The position numbers were made by a program, and so were the translations under genes. Positions 56,997-64,000 of a stretch of DNA of 64,000 bases are shown one piece after another. Within the stretch, counting starts at the first letter, position 1, and every line of letters begins with the position of its first letter. The notes beneath the pieces were generated by a model. The model was not told where the DNA came from. It searched no databases and worked only from the letters and a program-made list of their open reading frames with translations. The DNA comes from Bacteroidales bacterium (GTDB lineage Bacteria > Bacteroidota > Bacteroidia > Bacteroidales > UBA3663), in the NCBI GenBank assembly GCA_017618715.1, contig JAFZTS010000032.1, forward strand, positions 19,111-83,110, read 5' to 3'.

Positions 56997-58304
56997 ATGG
57001 ATTTCATCAATACTATATTCACCAAACTGTATGAGATGACGGCGTTCAGCAACATTGCTGCCGAGCCCACCTTCCTCATCATGTATGCGCTTGGCCTCCT
57101 GTTCCTCTATCTGGGCATCGCCAAGCACTACGAGCCATTGTTGCTCGTCCCGATTGCGATGGGTATCCTTCTGGCCAACTTCCCCGGCGGTGAGATGGGT
57201 GTCTTTGGTGCTGCTGATTGGATCGATGAAGCGACAGGCATCGTTTATCACAATGCAATCACGCTTGCCGACGGCACAATCTGGCGCGATGCTAATGGTG
57301 TGCCTTACGACATCTACCACTGCTCACTCCCTATGATAGCCCATGACCTCGGTCTAATGAACATGATCTACTACTGGCTCATCAAGACAGGCTTCATCCC
57401 ACCGGTAATCTTCATGGGTGTAGGTGCCATGACCGATTTCGGCCCTATGCTCCGCAACCTGAAGCTTGCCATCTTCGGTGCTGCTGCCCAGCTCGGCATC
57501 TTCGGCGTGATCCTCTTTGCTGTTGGTTCGGGTCAGTTCACTCCTAAAGAGGCTGGAGCTCTCGGTATCATCGGTGGTGCCGATGGTCCTACCGCCATCT
57601 ATACAACCATCAAGCTGGCGCCTCACCTCCTTGGTCCTATCGCCATCGCTGCATACTCTTACATGGCGTTGGTTCCGGTTATCATCCCATTGGTAGTGAA
57701 GCTTTGCACCACCCAGAAGGAGCGCGAAATCAACATGAAGGAGATGGACAAGCTCTATCCCGACACGCTTAAGATCAAGAATATGCGTGTGGCAAAGATT
57801 GTCTTTCCCATCTTCGTCACCATTCTTGTGGCCATCATCGTTCCTTCGGCCGTCAGCCTCATCGGTATGCTGATGTTCGGCAACCTCATCAAGGAGATCG
57901 GCTCCGACACTGCCCGTATCGCCGACACCGCATCTAACGCCCTGATGAACATTGCTACCATCTTCCTCGGTCTTTCAGTGGGTGCTACCATGACCGTCCA
58001 GTCATTCCTCAACTGGCAGACCATCGGTATCGTATTTGGAGGCTTCTGCGCATTTGCAGTTTCCATCGCCGGTGGCATTTTCCTCGTGAAGCTCTTCAAC
58101 TGCTTCTCAAAGAAGAAGATCAACCCGCTCGTAGGTGCCTGTGGTCTTTCAGCCGTGCCTATGGCCAGCCGTGTAGCCAACAATATCGCTACCAGCATCA
58201 ACCCCAAGAACAACATCCTCAATTACTGTATGTCGGCCAACATCTCCGGCGTCATCGGTTCGGCTGTTGCAGCGGGTGTATTGATCCAATTCCTGCGTTA
58301 TTGA
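56997..58304 (+). CDS. sodium ion-translocating decarboxylase beta subunit
   Basis: The track begins at TTG 56991; the first ATG is 56997. This gives a 435-aa polytopic membrane protein with GAMTDFGPML and GGADGPTAIY, typical of OadB/GcdB/MmdB. Confidence 0.88.
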   Translation: MDFINTIFTKLYEMTAFSNIAAEPTFLIMYALGLLFLYLGIAKHYEPLLLVPIAMGILLANFPGGEMGVFGAADWIDEATGIVYHNAITLADGTIWRDANGVPYDIYHCSLPMIAHDLGLMNMIYYWLIKTGFIPPVIFMGVGAMTDFGPMLRNLKLAIFGAAAQLGIFGVILFAVGSGQFTPKEAGALGIIGGADGPTAIYTTIKLAPHLLGPIAIAAYSYMALVPVIIPLVVKLCTTQKEREINMKEMDKLYPDTLKIKNMRVAKIVFPIFVTILVAIIVPSAVSLIGMLMFGNLIKEIGSDTARIADTASNALMNIATIFLGLSVGATMTVQSFLNWQTIGIVFGGFCAFAVSIAGGIFLVKLFNCFSKKKINPLVGACGLSAVPMASRVANNIATSINPKNNILNYCMSANISGVIGSAVAAGVLIQFLRY

Positions 58305-58340
58305 TCCAGTTCCTTTGATAATCGTATCACCAAATAGAAA

Positions 58341-58381
58341 AGGGAGCAAACCGGACGATTGTCCCGTGGTTCCCTTTTTTC
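58341..58381 (+). terminator. intrinsic terminator of the decarboxylase operon
   Basis: AGGGAGC pairs with GGTTCCCT around an inner GGAC/GTCC stem. A T6 run follows. Confidence 0.5.
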
Positions 58382-58454
58382 TTACCGAATTAAACCTTTT
58401 CGGCGTCTTCACGTCAAAAGTGCGAATTTAACCATCAACCATAATCAACAAGAA

Positions 58455-59708
58455 ATGTCAAGAGTATTGCTTATCGGCTGCGGAGGTGTAGGTACCGTAG
58501 CAGCACACAAGTTGGCACAAAACGCCGACGTGTTTACCGACATCTGTATTGCCAGCCGCACCAAGAGTAAGTGCGACGCTACCGCCGAGGCCATCCGTGC
58601 CAAGGGCTACAGCAAGAACGGTGTGGTGGCCAACATCACCACAGCGCAGGTCGATGCCGACAATGTCCCCGAGCTCGTGGCACTCATGAAGGATTTCAAG
58701 CCCGAACTCTGCATCAACCTCGCCCTCCCCTATCAGGACCTCACCATCATGGATGCCTGTCTCGAAGCCGGTGTGAACTACATGGACACCGCCAACTACG
58801 AACCCAAGGATGAGGCGCACTTCGAATATAGCTGGCAATGGGCTTACCGCGAGCGTTTCGAGAAGGCCGGTCTTTGCGCCATCCTCGGTTGTGGTTTCGA
58901 CCCGGGTGTGACTTCCATCTTCACCGCCTATGCCGCCAAGCACTATTTCAAGGAGATACAGTATCTCGACATCGTCGATTGCAATGCCGGCAATCACCAC
59001 AAGGCATTTGCCACCAACTTCAACCCCGAGATCAACATCCGCGAGATTACTCAAAAGGGTCTCTACTGGGAAGATGGCAAATATATCGAGACCGAGCCGA
59101 TGGAAATCCACAAGCCACTTACCTACCCGGGTATCGGCCCCAAGGAATCCTATCTGCTCCATCACGAGGAGATCGAGTCGCTCGTCATCAACTATCCTAC
59201 CATCAAGCGTGCTCGTTTCTGGATGACCTTCGGACAGCAATACCTCACCTACCTCGACGTAATCCAGAACATCGGCATGGCTCGCATCGACGAGATCGAA
59301 TACAAGGCACCTCTGGCCGACGGTTCAGGCGACGCTGTGGTCAAGATCGTTCCCTTGCAGTTCCTCAAGGCCGTGCTGCCCAACCCCAAGGAGCTCGGCG
59401 AGAATTACGACGGCGAGACCTCCATCGGCTGCCGCATCCGTGGCATCGGCAACGACGGCAAGGAGCACACCTACTACGTATGGAACAATTGCAGCCACCG
59501 CGAGGCATACCTCGAAACAGGTATGCAGGGTGTAAGCTACACCACTGGCGTTCCCGCCATGATCGGTGCCATGCTCTTCCTCAAGGGCATCTGGAGCAAG
59601 CCGGGCGTCCACAACGTCGAGGAGTTCGACCCCGATCCGTTCATGGCCGAACTCAACATCCAGGGCCTGCCCTGGCATGAGGAGCACGACGGCGATCTCG
59701 AATTATAA
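58455..59708 (+). CDS. saccharopine dehydrogenase family protein (carboxynorspermidine/carboxyspermidine dehydrogenase-like)
   Basis: The track start at 58359 lies within the terminator region. ATG 58455 gives 417 aa, beginning MSRVLLIGCGGVGTVAAHKL (Rossmann fold). The length and C-terminus fit CASDH. Confidence 0.8.
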   Translation: MSRVLLIGCGGVGTVAAHKLAQNADVFTDICIASRTKSKCDATAEAIRAKGYSKNGVVANITTAQVDADNVPELVALMKDFKPELCINLALPYQDLTIMDACLEAGVNYMDTANYEPKDEAHFEYSWQWAYRERFEKAGLCAILGCGFDPGVTSIFTAYAAKHYFKEIQYLDIVDCNAGNHHKAFATNFNPEINIREITQKGLYWEDGKYIETEPMEIHKPLTYPGIGPKESYLLHHEEIESLVINYPTIKRARFWMTFGQQYLTYLDVIQNIGMARIDEIEYKAPLADGSGDAVVKIVPLQFLKAVLPNPKELGENYDGETSIGCRIRGIGNDGKEHTYYVWNNCSHREAYLETGMQGVSYTTGVPAMIGAMLFLKGIWSKPGVHNVEEFDPDPFMAELNIQGLPWHEEHDGDLEL

Positions 59709-59741
59709 TTAATTCTCTAATTCTTGACAAAAGAGATAAAA

Positions 59742-59771
59742 AGCCCTCGGAACCACGTGGTTCCGAGGGCT
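59742..59771. terminator. bidirectional terminator, perfect 30-nt palindrome
   Basis: AGCCCTCGGAACCAC pairs with GTGGTTCCGAGGGCT. It sits between convergent genes. Confidence 0.8.
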
Positions 59772-59792
59772 AATTCGTATCCAGTCCTAAGT

Positions 59793-60275
59793 TTAGCGGA
59801 GGCGTTCAGAATCCCTGATCAGCACAATGTCAAAAATCACACCACGAACAGCCATAATCAAAGCGAAGATGCTGACAACTGGCATGATGAGCATCATGAT
59901 GTTGTAACGTACATCAACGACACCACTCTGTGAGAGCGAAGCCACATAATCCTTGAAGCGGTAACACTCCCAGAAGAAGAGACCGAAATAGAGCACGTTG
60001 AGCACTATTGTGAAGATGAGGATACGCAGCTGCAGCTTGCGATTCCTGTAGAGGAAGATGTTCACAAGCGGCAGAGCCACCATCAGGAGCAGGACAATAA
60101 AGAGCTCCCACACCATGCGGTCGGTCTCAAATCCCTTCGTTGCACACACCAGGCCCAACGAATTCAGTTCGAAAGTGGCCTCTGGTATTGCAAAAGATGC
60201 CAGCCAGAAGAAGTGCATCGTCAGGATGGCAATCACGCTGGCCAGCATGTAAATGGTTTGAACGCGCTGGATCAT
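59793..60275 (-). CDS. DUF4293-like membrane protein
   Basis: 160-aa ORF beginning MIQRVQTIYML, with four to five TM helices. It lies directly downstream of rpoZ, as is common in Bacteroidota. Confidence 0.65.
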   Translation of the reverse strand: MIQRVQTIYMLASVIAILTMHFFWLASFAIPEATFELNSLGLVCATKGFETDRMVWELFIVLLLMVALPLVNIFLYRNRKLQLRILIFTIVLNVLYFGLFFWECYRFKDYVASLSQSGVVDVRYNIMMLIMPVVSIFALIMAVRGVIFDIVLIRDSERLR

Positions 60276-60278
60276 AGA

Positions 60279-60626
60279 TTAGAAACGCTGCGAGCCGGTC
60301 TGCTCATCCTTGTTCTGGTTCAAACGCCAATAGACGTTGCCGTCCGAATACTCCTGAGTAGCGATGAGTGATGGTTTGGGCAACTTCTCATAGTAGCGGC
60401 TGATCTCGATCTGCTCGCGGTTCTCAAACACCTCGTCAAGATTATCGTTGTTGGTGGCAAACTCCTGAAGCTTCTTGTCAAGATCATGCTTCATTTCACT
60501 GGCGATCTGGTTGGCACGACGAGCGATAATCTCGACGGTCTCGTAGATGTTACCGGTATCTTCGCACAGGGCGATGATGTCGCGCGTCACAGTATTGCTT
60601 GGCGCATTGGTCTTCTTATAATCCAT
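60279..60626 (-). CDS. rpoZ: DNA-directed RNA polymerase subunit omega (Bacteroidota long form)
   Basis: 115-aa ORF. NIYETVEIIARRANQI matches the omega/Rpb6 helix. It sits in the bamD-rpoZ-DUF4293 gene order. Confidence 0.7.
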   Translation of the reverse strand: MDYKKTNAPSNTVTRDIIALCEDTGNIYETVEIIARRANQIASEMKHDLDKKLQEFATNNDNLDEVFENREQIEISRYYEKLPKPSLIATQEYSDGNVYWRLNQNKDEQTGSQRF

Positions 60627-60777
60627 TATTCCGTTTTATATTAATTTGTTTCAAATAATGCTTCTTTTCAAATTCTCAATCAAAATCCCGAAAAAGCGAA
60701 TAATCGAATAAAGGCGTATTAAAAAATCTCTAATTCTCTAATTCGTGATAAAAAGAATAAATTCCTGATAAAGAAAA

Positions 60778-61596
60778 TCAGTCAATATAAGCAGCGAGTT
60801 TCTTCTGGATTCGCTCGTTCAGCCTGTTCACTTCCTTCGAATATTTCCCCTCGGGATAACCATTGATGAAGGTATAGTACTCGTCCGAAGCCTCTCTCAG
60901 TCGGTCCTCAGCCTTCTCGTCGATCGAGTTCATAGCCGCCTCGTAACGGGCACGGAAGATGATGTAGGCCAAATCCTCGCGGTACTTGCTGTAAGGGAAC
61001 TCGTTCTGGGCATTGCGGGCAGTGATTACCGCCGATTCGTAGTTGTTGCCCATATAGCTTCCGAGGTTCAGATAAAGCTTCGCGCTCAAGTACTCCTTGT
61101 AGCAAAGCTTGTCGGTCAGTTCCAGACGCATGATGGCAGCACTGTCGGCCAAAGAACTGTGCGGATAGATATCGACGAACGAGTCAATCTCCTTGATAGC
61201 TCGACGGGTAATCTCCTGATCCAAGCGTGCATCGGGTGAATCCTTATAGTCACCGTAGGCCACATTGAAACGCGACTCCATAGCATGCTCTCCCCTTGGG
61301 TAGTTGTTGGCATAGCGAACGAAGTACTCGCCGGCCGACAGGTAATCCTTCTGCTTGAAATAGCTCATGGCCAGCAGCCAAAGTGCATTCTCGGCCTCTT
61401 CGGTGCCTCGGTATATCGGAACTACATCTGACAGCAATGTCGCGGCCTTCGCATATTTGCCCTGCTCGTAATAGATCTTGGCGTAGTCGTATTTCTCGTC
61501 AGGGTCATTGCTCTTCAGCAGCTTGTTGTATTCTCCGCATGAGGAAAGAACAACCATGCTGAACATCAGATATAATGCTATATTCTTGATTCTCAT
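60778..61596 (-). CDS. bamD: outer membrane protein assembly factor BamD (TPR lipoprotein)
   Basis: The track start at 61713 lies upstream of the promoter box. ATG 61596 gives 272 aa with a lipobox (VLSSC), then YNKLLKSNDPDEKYDYAKIYYEQGKYAKA and TPR repeats. Confidence 0.82.
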   Translation of the reverse strand: MRIKNIALYLMFSMVVLSSCGEYNKLLKSNDPDEKYDYAKIYYEQGKYAKAATLLSDVVPIYRGTEEAENALWLLAMSYFKQKDYLSAGEYFVRYANNYPRGEHAMESRFNVAYGDYKDSPDARLDQEITRRAIKEIDSFVDIYPHSSLADSAAIMRLELTDKLCYKEYLSAKLYLNLGSYMGNNYESAVITARNAQNEFPYSKYREDLAYIIFRARYEAAMNSIDEKAEDRLREASDEYYTFINGYPEGKYSKEVNRLNERIQKKLAAYID

Positions 61597-61622
61597 TTTG
61601 CGATATTTATCGAATTTGGGCG

Positions 61623-61630
61623 CAAATATA
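61623..61630 (-). promoter_or_regulatory. -7 promoter box (TATATTTG on minus strand) for bamD
   Basis: CAAATATA on the + strand, 27 nt upstream of ATG 61596. Confidence 0.6.
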
Positions 61631-61782
61631 CTCATTTTCCACCACATCACCAAATATTTTAACCAATACTTGACATTTCGCACAGGTTTTTTGAGTAATT
61701 TAATAATCGACATGGCATTTTACAACGATAGAGCACCCCGTGACGTCGGGATGCTCTATTCATTTTGTATGCTTGTGAAATA

Positions 61783-62673
<891 letters not shown>

Positions 62674-62700
62674 TTAGATTTGTGTAATATAGTTATATGA

Positions 62701-63384
62701 TTATTGCTTCGGCGAGATAAGTCCAGCCTTTTCGAGGATAGGGAGGATATGTGAAGCCAGCAAACGCTTTGATTCACTTTTCTCAGACCAGTACTCGAAA
62801 TGAAGCTCTTCGTTATCCTTCACTATCTCATGCATCACTTTATCGTCAATGAGCCGTATGGCAATACGTCCTTTGGCATTGGCACCGTTCGAAACGATAT
62901 AGCAGTACTGCTGTTTTACCAAGTTGGCTGCAACCATAGCACCACCGATGGCACCACCGATGGCACCGACAAAGAAGCCTGACACCGCTGCCTCTTTTTG
63001 TGCTTCACGACCAATCTTCCTGTTTACAAAAAGCAGTCCTCCATCATGCATGGGTGTTGCTATCGTATAACCGTTGCCGAAGCGAGTCTTTTCAAATCGC
63101 AAATTGCGACAGTTCACAAACAACGTATCATCTTTCATAATAGCGAAAGCTTCCTTCTTTATTACTTTATCCATTGCCTTATCGCCAGTATGAATAGTGT
63201 AGTCATTTCCGCCCAACCATACTTGACGTTTTTTACTATGACTTTTGTAATAGAAGATGTCCAATGATTCCCATCGTCCATCAAGATAGTCTTCGTAGGA
63301 TTTACAGTAACGGCTTTGCGCATTGGCCGTGATGAAACTCAGCGTGCAAAACGCCAACAATGAGAGCAGAATAATCTTTTTCAT
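62701..63384 (-). CDS. hypothetical secreted/membrane protein with glycine-zipper segment
   Basis: The track start at 63426 overlaps the promoter box. ATG 63384 gives 227 aa with a signal peptide (FITANAQ) and an internal GFFVGAIGGAIGGAMVAANL. No family is recognised. Confidence 0.55.
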   Translation of the reverse strand: MKKIILLSLLAFCTLSFITANAQSRYCKSYEDYLDGRWESLDIFYYKSHSKKRQVWLGGNDYTIHTGDKAMDKVIKKEAFAIMKDDTLFVNCRNLRFEKTRFGNGYTIATPMHDGGLLFVNRKIGREAQKEAAVSGFFVGAIGGAIGGAMVAANLVKQQYCYIVSNGANAKGRIAIRLIDDKVMHEIVKDNEELHFEYWSEKSESKRLLASHILPILEKAGLISPKQ

Positions 63385-63423
63385 TTCCTTCAAATAAATG
63401 AATGTAATAATTTTTGACGAGTG

Positions 63424-63431
63424 CAAAGATA
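63424..63431 (-). promoter_or_regulatory. -7 promoter box (TATCTTTG on minus strand)
   Basis: CAAAGATA on the + strand, 40 nt upstream of ATG 63384. Confidence 0.55.
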
Positions 63432-63589
63432 CAGATTATAAATCATCTTAACAAGAAATACACCTATTTTTTACACATTAATAAGAAAAACCAATGAAAA
63501 ATACAACCAGAAAGGCTTTTTTCATACTTATTCTGTATGTTTTTGAGTGCAATACCCACCCCATGAAGGGGAAAACCTATCTATTTTGA

Positions 63590-64000
63590 TGCAAGCATTC
63601 TGTCGGCCGACATAGTGCTTTCTACGAATGGAAAGAGCACTCTGACGCGCGACATAGTGCTTGCTACGACGGAAGTAGCACTCTGACGCGCGAAATAATG
63701 CTTGCTACGGCGGAAGTAGCACTCTGACGCGCGACATAATGCTTGCTACGACGGAAGTAGCACTCTAACGCGCGACATAATGCTTGCTACGGCAGAAGTA
63801 GCACTCTGACGCGCGACATGATGCTTGCTACTATGGAAGTAGCACTCTGACGCGCGACATAATGCTTGCTACGGCGGAAGTAGCACTCTGACGCGCGACA
63901 TAGTGCTTGCTACGACGGAAGTAGCACTCTGACGCGCGACATAGTGCTTGCTACGACGGAAGAAGCACTCTGACGCGCGACATAATGCTTACTACGATTT
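63590..64000. repeat. tandem array of 41-bp hairpin-containing units (9 complete plus partial units, truncated by window end)
   Basis: Units start at 63609 (42 bp), then 63651, 63692, 63733, 63774, 63815, 63856, 63897, 63938 and 63979 (partial). The consensus is GACATARTGCTTGCTACGRCGGAAGTAGCACTCTGACGCGC. Positions 63590..63608 look like a degenerate half unit. Confidence 0.95.

Noticed and set aside
63590-64000. Possible CRISPR array
   Set aside because: The units abut each other with a fixed 41-bp period and there are no unique spacers. No cas genes or leader-like region are visible in the window. I treat it as a tandem repeat instead.

Overview
This is a dense chromosomal segment, roughly 90% coding, that reads like core genome of a Bacteroidota/Bacteroidales organism, possibly Prevotella-like. 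That placement is inference from three things: TAnnTTTG -7 promoter boxes in front of many genes, no Shine-Dalgarno sequences, and lipoprotein/DUF families typical of the phylum. I call 52 protein-coding genes and one RNase P RNA (rnpB). I see no tRNA or rRNA, no CRISPR array, and no transposase, integrase or phage genes. Housekeeping genes dominate: dnaB, leuS, asnS, purB, ligA, gyrB, tig, rpsT, recO, rimM, prmA, rpoZ, bamD, plsC, an HtrA protease, an OadGAB-type Na+ decarboxylase and a carboxynorspermidine dehydrogenase. Every convergent gene junction carries a long palindromic bidirectional terminator. The accessory-looking parts are a small glycan-degradation cluster without SusC/D (27.1-34.2 kb), a LemA-like/unknown membrane protein pair, a PadR-PspC module, a PP2C-like/HTH pair, and a Trp/Tyr/Gly-rich secreted protein next to a FadL/PorV-like barrel. 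I do not see a clear, complete, multi-gene novel system such as a defence island. The most unusual signals are: (1) a head-to-tail array of 41-bp hairpin units at 63.6-64.0 kb that runs off the window; (2) a UvrD/PcrA helicase frame split by one in-frame TAG exactly between the helicase core and its Tudor-like C-terminal domain; (3) a pseudouridine synthase with a ~295-aa RGG/YGG low-complexity N-terminus encoded partly by 24-bp tandem repeats; (4) the aromatic/glycine-rich secreted protein plus outer-membrane barrel pair; and (5) several long structured leaders and phased short repeats in intergenic regions. All family assignments were made by eye from motifs, with no database search run.
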